Shown: in pieces, positions 10,303-22,759 of the stretch
Layout: the number at the start of each line of letters is the position of its first letter
Position numbering within the stretch: position 1 is the stretch's first letter
DNA from: Kofleriaceae bacterium
GTDB taxonomy: Bacteria; Myxococcota_A; Polyangia; Haliangiales; Haliangiaceae
Length of the DNA: 64,000 nt
Assembly: GCA_965215005.1 (NCBI GenBank)
Contig: CBDCCZ010000018.1
Span: 32,001 to 96,000 of the forward strand
Direction of reading: 5' to 3'
Program-made: the position numbers and the translations under genes
The notes under the pieces: model-generated
The model's input: the letters and a program-made list of their open reading frames with translations, nothing else
Databases searched by the model: none
What the model was told of the DNA's origin: nothing

Positions 10303-11610
10303 TCACAGGACCTGGGTGGCGAGCTCCGCGAGCTCGGAGCGCTCGCCGCGGGTGAGTGTGATGTGACCGGCGATGGCCTGGCCGCGAAAGCGCTCGGCGA
10401 CGGTGGTGAGACCGTTGTTGGAGGCATCGATATAGGGATTGTCGATTTGGTACGGGTCGCCGGTGAGGATGATCTTGGTGCCTTCGCCGGCGCGCGTGAT
10501 GATGGTCTTGACCTCGTGGGGCGTTAGGTTCTGTGCTTCATCGACGATCATGAAGACGTTTGGCAGCGAGCGCCCGCGGATGTAGGTAAGCGGCTCAATC
10601 TCGATGAAGCCGAGCTCCATGAGCTCGAGGTAGCTGCGCCCGTCTTTGCGATCGCTCTTGGAGAGTCCCATGAGCAGCTCGAGGTTGTCGTAAATCGGCT
10701 GCATCCACGGGTTGAGCTTCTCCTCGATATCGCCGGGCAAGTAGCCAATGTCGCGCCCCAGTGGAAAGATCGGCCGCGAGACCAACAGTTTCTGAAACGT
10801 CTGATCTTCGGCAACTTTTTGCAGCCCAGCGGCCAATGCCAATAGAGTCTTGCCGGTGCCCGCCTTGCCCACGAGGGTCACCAAGCGGATGTCGTCGTTC
10901 ATGAGCAGGTCCAAGCCATAATGCTGCTCTTTGTTGCGTGGGCGAATGCCCCAGACGCCACCTTGCAGCTTACGAATGGCAACGATCTGCTCCTGTGCTT
11001 TGTCGTAGCGCCCGAGCGCGGCGTGCGCTGCTTGCTCGGCGTCGCGAAGCAGCACGTATTCGTTGGGCGAGAGCGGCGTGGGCGGACGCAGCACGCCATC
11101 GCTGTAGAAGAGATCGACCTCTTCTCCCGACAGCGGCAGCTCGACGGCGCCGGGATAGAGCTCGTCAATCGAGATGTGCTGCGGCTCGTAGTCCACTGTG
11201 GTGAGGCCAAGGGCGTCGCCGCGAATGCGCATGTTGACGTCTTTGGTGACCAAGATCGTGGCGTGGTCGGCATCTTCGCCGGCGAGATCGAGCGCGACCT
11301 CGAGGATGAAGTGATCCATCTGACGACCATCGTGGGCCTCGAGCGGCGAGCGGCGACCGAGCGCCACCCGAACCGTGCCGCCGCCCTCGAGCGGGACGCG
11401 ATGCGCGAGGCCGCCGTCGGCGCGATGGGCATCGAGCTGGCGCGCCACCTGACGCGCGTTGCGGCCGAGCTCCGAAAGATCTTTCTTGAAGGTGTCGATC
11501 TCTTCGATGACGTAAATGGGAATGACGACGTGGTTGTCGGCAAACGCGTACATCGCCCCCGGGTCGTGCAAAAGGACGTTGGTGTCGAGGACGTAGTTCT
11601 TCAGCGCCAT
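10303..11610 (-). CDS. phoH: PhoH-family protein with N-terminal PIN domain (PhoH2 type)
   Basis: VLDTNVLLHDP (PIN), GKAGTGKT, GYLPG, YIRGRS, DEAQN, GDPYQID. Confidence 0.93.
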   Translation of the reverse strand: MALKNYVLDTNVLLHDPGAMYAFADNHVVIPIYVIEEIDTFKKDLSELGRNARQVARQLDAHRADGGLAHRVPLEGGGTVRVALGRRSPLEAHDGRQMDHFILEVALDLAGEDADHATILVTKDVNMRIRGDALGLTTVDYEPQHISIDELYPGAVELPLSGEEVDLFYSDGVLRPPTPLSPNEYVLLRDAEQAAHAALGRYDKAQEQIVAIRKLQGGVWGIRPRNKEQHYGLDLLMNDDIRLVTLVGKAGTGKTLLALAAGLQKVAEDQTFQKLLVSRPIFPLGRDIGYLPGDIEEKLNPWMQPIYDNLELLMGLSKSDRKDGRSYLELMELGFIEIEPLTYIRGRSLPNVFMIVDEAQNLTPHEVKTIITRAGEGTKIILTGDPYQIDNPYIDASNNGLTTVAERFRGQAIAGHITLTRGERSELAELATQVL

Positions 11611-11693
11611 CGACCTCGATCATCAGGAGCGCGTCGAGACTCTGTCAATGCGCCAGCGCCCAAACAGCATCTCGAGCAGCGAGCGGCGCCGCA

Positions 11694-13870
<2,177 letters not shown>

Positions 13871-13874
<4 letters not shown>

Positions 13875-14242
13875 CGCGACTCCCCGGTCGGCACGACGCG
13901 CACCACCACTTCCCCCGGCCGCACCATGCCGAGCTCGTCACGAGCGAGATCTTCGATGGCCAGTGGATCGGTGCGGAGCGCATCGATCTCGCGCCGATAG
14001 CGGGCGTTTTCCTGACTCAGCCGTTCGATGGCGTGGGTCGCCGCGTCGCGCTGACTGCGCAGCCGCTCGGCGCGGCGCGCCCCGGAGCCATCGATGAGAT
14101 GGTACGGGATGTAGGCCATGGCGAACGCGAGCACGCTCGCCATCGCCAGCCGCGTCCCCCACTCTGCCAGCAAATCAGAGCGATCGCGGCCGAGCGCGCG
14201 AATCCCGCTCGAGGCTCGCCAGCGTAGATTGAGACGGCGCAC
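13871..14242 (-). CDS. ftsB: FtsB/DivIC septum formation initiator
   Basis: TM then coiled coil, ENARYRREIDAL..IEDLARDELGMVRPGEVV; start chosen at GTG 14242 (uncertain). Confidence 0.8.
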
Positions 14243-14292
14243 GCTTCGACGATAAAGAGCGCCGCGCGCAGGACAAAGTTTTCGGCCGCCCG

Positions 14293-16272
14293 CTACGGCG
14301 CGATCAGCGTGAGCCCGGCTCTGGTGCGCGCCCAAACCCGGCCGAGATGATCGACGGCGACATTTCGCACCTGGTCCTCGAGCAGGCCGCGGCGGCGGTC
14401 CAGGCGGCGCAGGCGGGCGCCATCGAATACCGCGACCCCCCGGTCAGTCGCCATCCACAAGCGGCCATCGAGGCCAAACTCCAAGTCGTTGACCGGCCAC
14501 TCCAACGCGCGCGGGTAATGCCACGCTTCGCCATCGAAACGCCCGACGCCTTGCCCGGAGGCCACATACACCATGCCGCCTGCGGAGCACGCGATGCCGC
14601 GCAAGAGCTCCGAGCGCAGTCCTGCTTCGGCCTCCGTGAACACGCGCACGTCCTCGCCGCGCACCCGCGCCGCGCCTTCACTGGTAGCAAGCCAAACCTC
14701 GTCGTCTTCGATGAAGCAGGCATCTTGCACATTGATGGGAATGGGCAATACGCCTTGCTGCACCGCTTGGCGACTGCGACTGGCGTGGTGATAGACCACC
14801 GCGCCGAGACCGATATCGACCAAAGCGACGCCGTGCGGCCGCACCTCGCCCACGCGATCGCGGTACCGCACGCCCAGCCATAGGACGTCGCTTGGCGAGA
14901 ACCGCGCGAACGTGAGCGTCGGCTCGCGGCCGGGGGTGTCGATGGCGAGATCGGGAACGCTGGTCCAGACCCCGGCCAAGACCCGCGAGAGCTCGATTTT
15001 CGAGCCGCCGGTGGCGCGATGGAGGGCGTAGACGCGGCCGGTGCTGTCGCGAACGAACGCCAAGACGTCGCGGTCGGCCGGACCTGTGGAGTGAAATCGC
15101 CGACCATCGAAGCGCCACGCACGACGGGCACCGGTGGCGACGTAGCAGTCGGTCGCCCGGGTGCAGGCGACGGTGAGCCCGCCGGAGCCGCCGACCAAAT
15201 CGGCGCGCCGCAACCAGTCGGTGGCCGGGGCGCTGCTGGCGAGGCGCGCAACGCCGATGTCGCGCGTGCCCAAAAAGATCGCGTCCGCGCTCGCGGCCAC
15301 CGATGATGCCGCGGCGGGCAAGCGCCGCGACACCAGCTCGACCGAATAGGGGCTGTCGAAGGTCTCGCCGCCGCCACCGCTGGCAACCGGCACCAGCCGC
15401 ATCGGGTCCCGGCGCAGCCGACGAGCGCCCTGCGAGGGCAAGCGCAGCCGATAGAGCCGCGAGCGCGTTAGCACCAACAGCGAGTCCTTCTGCGGTGCGG
15501 CGGCCAGCCACTCGACCTCCGGCGACGGCCGGAATAGCTCGCAAGCGCCCGCAGCCACTCGAACCACGCGTTGCGCCCCCGTCGCGGTGTTACCGATGGC
15601 GAGCATGGCGCCGTCGGGGGCGGGCGCGAAGAATCGGACCCGCGCGAGCTCGCAGCCGCGCTCGCCACCCACGCTCGCGATCGTGCCGTCGGGGCGCCGC
15701 GCCCAGAGCCCGCCTTTCGTGCCGATCCACAGCCAGCCTTGGGCATCGCGGCGGAGTGCCGTGACCGGCTCGGTGAGCTCCGGAGGCCTCGAGTCGCTGT
15801 CGAGGTCGACGGCGCGCAGGCCATCGCGGCCGCCAATCCACACGCCGTCGGCGGCCGGCGCCAAGGCGATAGCACTGGTTTCGAGAGTAGGCACGCTCCT
15901 GGGCGCGCGCTCGACGGCGCCGCTGGCAAGGTCGTAGCGAGCGAGCCCCGCTTCGGTCGCGAGCCACAGCCAGCGACGCGCGGGATCCATGGTCATTGCC
16001 AGCACGCGCTCGCCGCGCAAGTCGAGGGCATCCCCAAGCTCGACCGCGGTGTCGTCGGCGAGGTTCCAGCGCGTGAGGCCATGCTCGGTGGCCGCGAACA
16101 GATACGGCGGCGCCGCGACCAACGCCCGCACCGGCGCCGATTCACTAAATGAGCGCACTCGCACCGAGGAGCTCGGCGCGGCAGGCTCGGGTGGGCGCAC
16201 GCAGGCCGCCAGCGCGGTGGCGGCGCCCAGCGCGAGAAGCGGAACAAATCGGATGTGCTCGCGACTCGTCAC
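14293..16272 (-). CDS. Lipoprotein with beta-propeller (two-component-regulator propeller-like) repeats
   Basis: Lipobox LAAC; repeated D..G.LW.[AG]T..G blades. Confidence 0.75.
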   Translation of the reverse strand: MTSREHIRFVPLLALGAATALAACVRPPEPAAPSSSVRVRSFSESAPVRALVAAPPYLFAATEHGLTRWNLADDTAVELGDALDLRGERVLAMTMDPARRWLWLATEAGLARYDLASGAVERAPRSVPTLETSAIALAPAADGVWIGGRDGLRAVDLDSDSRPPELTEPVTALRRDAQGWLWIGTKGGLWARRPDGTIASVGGERGCELARVRFFAPAPDGAMLAIGNTATGAQRVVRVAAGACELFRPSPEVEWLAAAPQKDSLLVLTRSRLYRLRLPSQGARRLRRDPMRLVPVASGGGGETFDSPYSVELVSRRLPAAASSVAASADAIFLGTRDIGVARLASSAPATDWLRRADLVGGSGGLTVACTRATDCYVATGARRAWRFDGRRFHSTGPADRDVLAFVRDSTGRVYALHRATGGSKIELSRVLAGVWTSVPDLAIDTPGREPTLTFARFSPSDVLWLGVRYRDRVGEVRPHGVALVDIGLGAVVYHHASRSRQAVQQGVLPIPINVQDACFIEDDEVWLATSEGAARVRGEDVRVFTEAEAGLRSELLRGIACSAGGMVYVASGQGVGRFDGEAWHYPRALEWPVNDLEFGLDGRLWMATDRGVAVFDGARLRRLDRRRGLLEDQVRNVAVDHLGRVWARTRAGLTLIAP

Positions 16273-16339
16273 GCGGCCCGCGCAAGGCTAACGCAGCGTA
16301 GACCTTGGCGCCAGCGCTCATCGTCCGCATAATCGCGGG

Positions 16340-16966
16340 ATGGCCAGCCGCAAACGAAGCCGACGCAGTCGCCGCGGCATCACCCCGCGAGCCGACGTCT
16401 CCGGTACCCTCGGCACCCTCCTGCGCACCACCCTCCACCAGGTCGGTGTGGTGAAAGACGCGGCCGTGCGCAGTGCGAGTCGTTCACGCGAGCGGCTCGA
16501 TGAAGCGATGCTAGAGCGCAAGCGCCGCGACACCCTGGCCGCTTTGGGCGAGGTAGTCTACGAGCTCATCGTCGAGGGCGACGCCGCCGACCTCGAGGAG
16601 GTCGACGAGATTCGCTCGCTGGTGAGCGACCTCGAGCATCTCGATGCGCGCCTCGATCAACACGAGCAGCACCAGGCCCCGGCCCCGCAAGACGACGGAA
16701 CCGTGTCGAGCGCGGCGTGGAGCTCGGTGCGCCGCTTTCACCAAGCCGAGGGTGCGGCAGAGCGGGTGTGGCGTCCAACCGCCGACGTCCCAGACGCCCC
16801 CAAGCGTGATGCCGCGCCCCCGGGCGAGTCGGCTGGGCCGCGGCGTCGGCGTTCTGCAGCGAGCGGCGAGCGGCGCGGTGGCATCTCGTTCGTCGACGAT
16901 CCGGCCGACGCCGCCGAGGCCGAGCTGGCCGACTACATGCACCCCGACGACGTTCCCGAGCAGTGA
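16340..16966 (+). CDS. Hypothetical protein (coiled coil plus low-complexity tail)
   Basis: Fills the gap before the tRNA promoter; amphipathic helix LERKRRDTLAALGEVVYEL; ends LADYMHPDDVPEQ. Confidence 0.65.
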   Translation: MASRKRSRRSRRGITPRADVSGTLGTLLRTTLHQVGVVKDAAVRSASRSRERLDEAMLERKRRDTLAALGEVVYELIVEGDAADLEEVDEIRSLVSDLEHLDARLDQHEQHQAPAPQDDGTVSSAAWSSVRRFHQAEGAAERVWRPTADVPDAPKRDAAPPGESAGPRRRRSAASGERRGGISFVDDPADAAEAELADYMHPDDVPEQ

Positions 16967-16995
16967 CAGCGCGCCGCTGAAAACGGCGTCCGCGC

Positions 16996-17024
16996 TTGAC
17001 ACGTCTGCCGGCACTTGCTACCTA
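16996..17024 (+). promoter_or_regulatory. Candidate sigma70 promoter of tRNA-Ala
   Basis: TTGACA-17-TACCTA, with TG ahead of the -10 (extended -10); 45 nt upstream of the tRNA. Confidence 0.55.
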
Positions 17025-17065
17025 AGCGGACCTCGGCGGCCCAAGCGTCGAGAACAGCAGCTCAA

Positions 17066-17146
<81 letters not shown>

Positions 17147-17148
17147 CG

Positions 17149-17174
17149 AGCCGGCGCACCTCGCCGGCTTTTTT
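17149..17174 (+). terminator. Rho-independent terminator after tRNA-Ala
   Basis: AGCCGGCG-CACCT-CGCCGGCT hairpin followed by TTTTT. Confidence 0.85.
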
Positions 17175-17259
17175 CATGTCCACGCGCAACTCGATGGAGT
17201 TCCTGCCCCGTCGTGAGCACCAGCGAAGCCATCCTGACTGGTGCCCAATCCGTTGCCGC

Positions 17260-17882
17260 TTAGTTCAGTACCGCGAGTGGCTCGCCGTCGCGCCGGCAGA
17301 AGCGTTCGCTCAGCTGGTATTGGCCGTGGCACTCAGGGCAGATTCGCGCCAGCAATCCGGCGCCGTTATCTCCCATGCGCTGGCCGATGAGCGCTTCGTA
17401 CAGCGGCGCGGGCTAGGAGCTCGCTGGCGCACGCCGGGGCACGCGGAGACGCTGGCGTCGAAGGCTCGATGACAGTCGGCGCAGACGCTGCCGCGACCGC
17501 GGGCCTTCTCTTGCACCTCCGAGGCGGGCACGAGGCGGCGTGCATCGCGGGGGCAGTACTCAAAGGTTGCCTCGTACTCGCGGGTGCACGAGGGGCACGC
17601 CATCGCAGAGCTCGCCACCTGCAGCGCCGCGCCGCCGGTGGTCACGCGCCGCGCCGGCGGCGTCTCGAGCGCCAGGAGCGGCCGGCGGCCTCCCGCAGGT
17701 CCCGCGGGGTGCTTGACCACCCGCTTCGGGCTCGTCGGCCGCCGCCGCAAGATCAGGGCGCAGGCGAGCACCACGCATAGGATGACGCCCAAAATGGCGA
17801 TCAACGCGATCAGCGCGGCACGCGCGCCGTGCGGCAAGGGCGCGGCCTCCATCAGGAGCGCCGGAAGTCGGTCGACGAGCAC
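17260..17882 (-). CDS. Membrane-anchored triple zinc-ribbon protein (two apparent +1 indels near 17412-17440)
   Basis: TM segment, then CPSC..CPRD and CADC..CP[AC]; after frame correction CPEC..CRRDGEPLAVLN-stop at 17260; start uncertain. Confidence 0.65.
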
Positions 17883-18024
17883 GGTCGGCAACGGGCAAGC
17901 CTCTCGAGAGCGGAGAGCCCAGGCTAGCAATCGGTCGCATCACGGTCAACGCCGGTGGCATCGGTGAGGCATCGGCGCGACGGCCGCCGCGAATTCCGAG
18001 TCGGGTGCTCGGCTGTGGTAGACA

Positions 18025-19746
18025 GTGCACGTGGCAGACCTGGTCATCGGTGGGCGTCGTCATGGCTCGCACCGAAGCCTGCGCGGCGTGGTCATCGCAG
18101 GTGCGCTGGTTGCGGTTGCGGCGATCGCTGCCTATTTCATCTATCGGCGGCTGGTCTCCTATGCCGAGCCCAGCGGCGAGCTGCCCCACGCGGCGCTGGA
18201 CGTCGACCCACAGCAGCGCCAGGCGCTCCGATATGGCCCGGCGAGCTTGACCTATCGCGGCGAGTTGCCTGTGCTTCGGCTCTCCGGCGAGCCTTTCGCC
18301 CTCGGCGCCGCCCACGGCCGGCTCGCCGCCGACGACGTCGCGCGCGTCGCCACAAGCATCGAGCCGACCATCGCCGCCACCGTGCGTCGTGAGGGCTGGT
18401 TTGCTGGCTTCACGTACCCGGCGCGGCTGCGGTGGCAGCATCGCTACGCCGATGACGGCATTCCCGGGCATCAGCTCATGGAGGTCGCGGCCATCGTGCG
18501 CGGCGCCGCCGCCTCGCGCGCAGCACCGCCTAGCTATCAGACACTGCTACGCCAACAGACGGCGCTAGACGTGGGCGTGCCGGCACCGTGGTCCTCGGGC
18601 GCCGCACTCCACGCGCTGAGCCGGTCGCTGAGCTTTATCACGCCGCTGCGCGGCACCAGCGGCGAGCGACTCGTCATTGGCCGCAGCTTCGGCTTGCCGG
18701 GTGCCGGCGACGGTGGCGATGCCGCGCGCCAGAACCTCACCGTCAGCTTCGTCCATGCCGACAAGGTCATTCCCTATGCCTCGGTTGGCTGGCCGGGGCT
18801 CATCGGTGTCGTTTCGGCCATCAACGCCGAAGGCATCGCCATCATGGTCCATCCGGTGCGCACCAGCGACGTGGAGCTCGGCAAGACGGGCCAGCCGGTC
18901 ACCCTGCTTGCGCGCGACGTGGTCGAAAATGCCCGCTCGCTAGCCGATGCCATCGGTGTGCTGCGTGAAGCCAAGCCCCTTGGCGCCGCCATCTTCGTGG
19001 TAGTCGACGGCAACGCCCGCACCTGGGCGGTGGTCGAGCGCAGCCCGCGGCACGTGACCGTGCGTGAGCCCAAGGCACCCGTGGTCGTGGGCGACTTGCT
19101 CACCAGCGCCGCATTCAAGGACGATCCGATCAACGACCGCACCGGCCGCACCCGACCGCTCACCATGCGGCTCGAGCGACTGCGGACGCTCCTCAAGGAG
19201 TCGCCGCCAATGGAGCTCGCCGATGCCGTCGCGATCCTGCGCGACCACCGCGGTGCCGGCAATGCCTCGCTGCCCCTCGGTCACCGCGGCGCGGTGCGCG
19301 ACGTGGCGGCGGTGCAAACGGCGCTATTTGACACCTCGGCGATGGTTCTCTACGTCGCCGAGGGCGGTGACGCCGCGGGTCGTTTTCGCGCCTTCGACCT
19401 GCGCCATGAGCTCCGCGGCGAAGGCAGCCGCGCCGCGCCTCCCGCCGACGTACTGGCGGCAACCGAAGACGCTGCCGAGGGTCTCGCCACCGCCAGCGCG
19501 CGGGCCGAGCTGCGCGCCGCGCGGCGTGCACGCGCCCGTGGCGACGGCAACGCAGCACGCGAGCACGTGTCGCGGGCCCTGGCGCGCGCGCCGGAGCTGC
19601 CCGAGGCGCTGCTCCTGGCCGGCCACCTGGCGCGCCAACGCGGCGACAACGACGCGGCGCGCGACTACTTCGAGCGCTACCTCGCGGGCGGCGCCGACGA
19701 CCTCGGTGCCGAGCTCGAGGTCCGCGCCTTGCTCGATACCCTGTGA
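18025..19746 (+). CDS. C45/Ntn-hydrolase-like protein with N-terminal TM and C-terminal TPR
   Basis: LSGEPFALGAAHG, ASVGWPGLIGVVSAINAEGIAI, AVVERSP; TPR-like helices at the C-terminus. Confidence 0.75.
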   Translation: MHVADLVIGGRRHGSHRSLRGVVIAGALVAVAAIAAYFIYRRLVSYAEPSGELPHAALDVDPQQRQALRYGPASLTYRGELPVLRLSGEPFALGAAHGRLAADDVARVATSIEPTIAATVRREGWFAGFTYPARLRWQHRYADDGIPGHQLMEVAAIVRGAAASRAAPPSYQTLLRQQTALDVGVPAPWSSGAALHALSRSLSFITPLRGTSGERLVIGRSFGLPGAGDGGDAARQNLTVSFVHADKVIPYASVGWPGLIGVVSAINAEGIAIMVHPVRTSDVELGKTGQPVTLLARDVVENARSLADAIGVLREAKPLGAAIFVVVDGNARTWAVVERSPRHVTVREPKAPVVVGDLLTSAAFKDDPINDRTGRTRPLTMRLERLRTLLKESPPMELADAVAILRDHRGAGNASLPLGHRGAVRDVAAVQTALFDTSAMVLYVAEGGDAAGRFRAFDLRHELRGEGSRAAPPADVLAATEDAAEGLATASARAELRAARRARARGDGNAAREHVSRALARAPELPEALLLAGHLARQRGDNDAARDYFERYLAGGADDLGAELEVRALLDTL

Positions 19747-19750
19747 GCAC

Positions 19751-20989
19751 TCAGAAGATCAGCGCCAGCGCCACCCCGACGACGCAGCCAACCAGCAGCA
19801 TGGCCAACACCACCCATAAAAGCGGGCTGCGCGAGCGGCTCGCCGCCAACGCGGTGGCTGTCGAAGGAGCGTCGTAGCCCAGCGCGGGACCGGGCGCCGG
19901 CGCCATGTTGATGCCAGCTCCAGGAGCCGCCATCACGGGTGGCGTCTCGAGTCGCGGCACCTCGATGGGCGCCTCCGCGGCACTGGGCGCCCGCCGCTCT
20001 TCGAGCAGCGCATCGACGGCGTGCTGCAGCTCAGCGGCATCGGCGAATCGACGCTCCTTGTCCTTCTCCAGCATGCGCAACACCACCGCATCGACCGCCG
20101 GCGCAATCGCCGCGTCGGGCCGCGCCTGCGACGGTGCCTCGGGAGTCTGCCGCAGCTGCGCGGTAATGAGCGCCGCCGGGCCTTTGGCCTCCGGGAACGG
20201 CAACCGACCGGTAATGAGCTCGTAGGTCACCACGCCCACGGTATAGATGTCGCTGCGGCCGTCGAGCTCTTTGCCCATCAGCTGCTCCGGCGACATGTAC
20301 TCGAGCGTGCCGAGCGTCTGCCCGGTGGCAGTGAGCTGAGGCGAGCCGGCGGTGACGCCCGCGGCATCGCCGCGCAGCACCTTGGCGATTCCGAAATCGA
20401 GAATCTTGACGAAGTCGGCAACCCCACCGCGCTGCTCGAGGTAGATGTTCTCCGGCTTGAGATCGCGATGCACGATGCCCTGCGCGTGCGCCTCGGTGAG
20501 CGAGGAGCACATCTGGCTCACGATCCTGAGCACCCGCCGCCACGCGACCGGCGCTTCCTCATCGAACACGGTCTGCAGGCTGCGGCCCTCGAGCAGCTCC
20601 ATCGCGATGTACAGCGTGCCGTCCGCGGTGCGATCGAAGTCGTAGGTGGTGATGGTGTGGGCATCGCGCAGGTTGCAGAGCACCAAGCCCTCGCGGCGAA
20701 AACGCGCCACCAAGTGCTCATCCCGGGTCATCTCCGGATGCAGCAGCTTGAGCGCGACCTTGCGACCGGTGCCGATCTGAACGCCGCGATAGACGGCCCC
20801 AAAGCCGCCTTCTCCAAGCTTGCCCTCGACGCGAAATCGGCCGCTGAGCACCGTGCCGATGAATGGATCACCACCGGCTGCGAGCTCGGTAGCGGCTCGC
20901 GATTCATCGAGCGCCGGCAGCGCGCTGCCACACACCCCGCAGAACCGGGCGCCCGCTTCCGTCACCGCACCGCAGGACGCACACTTCAT
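19751..20989 (-). CDS. Ser/Thr protein kinase with N-terminal zinc ribbon and C-terminal TM
   Basis: CASC..CGVC; GEGGFGAVY, VALK, HRDLKPEN, DFGIAK, YMSPEQ. Confidence 0.93.
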   Translation of the reverse strand: MKCASCGAVTEAGARFCGVCGSALPALDESRAATELAAGGDPFIGTVLSGRFRVEGKLGEGGFGAVYRGVQIGTGRKVALKLLHPEMTRDEHLVARFRREGLVLCNLRDAHTITTYDFDRTADGTLYIAMELLEGRSLQTVFDEEAPVAWRRVLRIVSQMCSSLTEAHAQGIVHRDLKPENIYLEQRGGVADFVKILDFGIAKVLRGDAAGVTAGSPQLTATGQTLGTLEYMSPEQLMGKELDGRSDIYTVGVVTYELITGRLPFPEAKGPAALITAQLRQTPEAPSQARPDAAIAPAVDAVVLRMLEKDKERRFADAAELQHAVDALLEERRAPSAAEAPIEVPRLETPPVMAAPGAGINMAPAPGPALGYDAPSTATALAASRSRSPLLWVVLAMLLVGCVVGVALALIF

Positions 20990-21079
20990 CCCCGAGGCCT
21001 CGCTTTCACCGATGAATCCTCACGTAGTGCGGCGATTGTCCCCCATCGCGGCACCTGGTGCACCCCCGGCTCGCCCAAT

Positions 21080-21526
21080 TCACCAGCGCAAACCGACGAT
21101 GACCACCACGGCGATCACCAGCGCCGCGAGCGCCAGCCACAGCAGCACGCGCCCCCGGCCCGGCCCCGCCAGCTCGACCGGCAGCGGGGGGCTGCCGGCA
21201 TCGTCGGCCAGCGCGGTCACACACACGCGCGGGCCGCCGCGCCCAAACTCGATGCGGAACGCGCGGCCAACCACCAGCGGCACCTGGCTTACCCGCTCAC
21301 CATTGACGAACGTGCCGTTGGACGAGCCGACATCGACGATGACATAGCCGGCTTCGGTCCGCCGCAACTCGGCGTGGCGGCTCGAGGCATCGAGCTCGCG
21401 CTCGGCATCGAACGCAACCTCGCAGTCGGGATGGCGACCAAACCGAACCCGCTCGGGATCGTCGAGCTGTTGCCGCTGGCCGCGCTGCTGTCCGCGAACA
21501 TGGTCGATGAAGATGCGCATCGCCAA
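21080..21526 (-). CDS. FHA-domain protein with C-terminal TM
   Basis: FGRHPDC, ASSRHA, DVGSSNGTFVNG; hydrophobic C-terminus. Confidence 0.88.
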   Translation of the reverse strand: MAMRIFIDHVRGQQRGQRQQLDDPERVRFGRHPDCEVAFDAERELDASSRHAELRRTEAGYVIVDVGSSNGTFVNGERVSQVPLVVGRAFRIEFGRGGPRVCVTALADDAGSPPLPVELAGPGRGRVLLWLALAALVIAVVVIVGLRW

Positions 21527-21613
21527 ACCCAGTTATCGCATGCAGACGCGGGCGGCAGGGCAACGAAACGCGGAGCAATGTCAGCATGGAGCTCGTGGCG
21601 ACCTGGCGGCGGA

Positions 21614-22759
21614 TCAGCGAAACGCGTCCCATAAAATAATCGCTGCGACGAGCAGTGTCGCCACCACGGCCAGCGTCCAGCTCAAGAGTCCCAATCGTTC
21701 GCGCTCGGCGAGCGCACGCGCGGCGGGCCCGGTTAGATCGCCCGCGGCGGGCTCCCGAGTGACGGGTTCGTCGCCTAGCGCCAGCAATCGGCGCGTCCCG
21801 GGGACCGCGGGGCCGCCGGGGTCGTCGACCAGCCCAATGCGCGCCGCCAGTCGCCGAGCCACGCGCGAGGTGGTGGTCAGCGCGCGCTGGCCTTCTTCCA
21901 TGGGATCGAGCTCGACGAACCGCGGCGGCTCCTCCGGTCGCGGCGGCAGCAAGCCGTCGCCCTGCCAAAACGTCACCACCGCGGTGATGTTGTCGGGCCC
22001 GCCGCGGGCACGGGCGGCGGCGAGTAGCGCCTCGGCGGCGGCGCTCGGCTCCTGGGCGGCAACGAGCAGCTCGGTGATGACGTCATCGCCGAGGGGGCCG
22101 TAGAGGCCATCGGTGCACAGCAGCAGGCGATCGCCGCAGCGCAGCTCGGCGGTGGACAGCGCCACCTCGACGTCGTCGGCGGTGCCCAACGCCTGCAGAA
22201 TGGCGTGAGCGCCGGGCACGTTGGCGGCCTCTTCCGCGGTCATGCCGCCGGCATGCACCAGCGCCGAGGCCACCGACTGATCGCGGGTTAGCTGCACCAG
22301 CGCCCCTGCGCGCAACAAGTAGGCGCGAGAGTCGCCGACCTGCGCGAGCAGCACGGTGCTGCCGGCGAGGGCCGCCGCCGATAGCGTGGTGCCCATCCCG
22401 CGCAGCGGCGCCTCCCGTCTGCCCTGCTCGCGCACCCGGCGGTTGGCCACCCGCACCGCACGCCGCAGCTGGCGCGCCAGCACCACCGGCTCGGCAGTCG
22501 CCGCGGACTCGCGCATCTCGGCCCACACCACCACCGCCGCCAGCTCGCTGGCCACGTCGCCGGCAGCGGCGCCGCCCATGCCATCGCAAACCACCCATAG
22601 CGGTCCGCGAGCGCCCACGACCAGCTCGACACTTTGCTCCCACGGCCAGCGCTCACCGCTGTCGAGGTCGCCAGCGACGACGAAATCCTCATTGCGATCG
22701 CGAACGTTGCCGATATCGGTTCGGGCGCACGCGCGCACTTGCACGCCGGATGGAGTCAC
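21614..22759 (-). CDS. PP2C-family Ser/Thr phosphatase with C-terminal TM
   Basis: RDRNED, VCDGMGG, MGTT, VGDSRAY, CTDGL, GGPDNIT; true start is GTG 22759, overlapping the upstream stop (GTGA). Confidence 0.92.
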   Translation of the reverse strand: MTPSGVQVRACARTDIGNVRDRNEDFVVAGDLDSGERWPWEQSVELVVGARGPLWVVCDGMGGAAAGDVASELAAVVVWAEMRESAATAEPVVLARQLRRAVRVANRRVREQGRREAPLRGMGTTLSAAALAGSTVLLAQVGDSRAYLLRAGALVQLTRDQSVASALVHAGGMTAEEAANVPGAHAILQALGTADDVEVALSTAELRCGDRLLLCTDGLYGPLGDDVITELLVAAQEPSAAAEALLAAARARGGPDNITAVVTFWQGDGLLPPRPEEPPRFVELDPMEEGQRALTTTSRVARRLAARIGLVDDPGGPAVPGTRRLLALGDEPVTREPAAGDLTGPAARALAERERLGLLSWTLAVVATLLVAAIILWDAFR

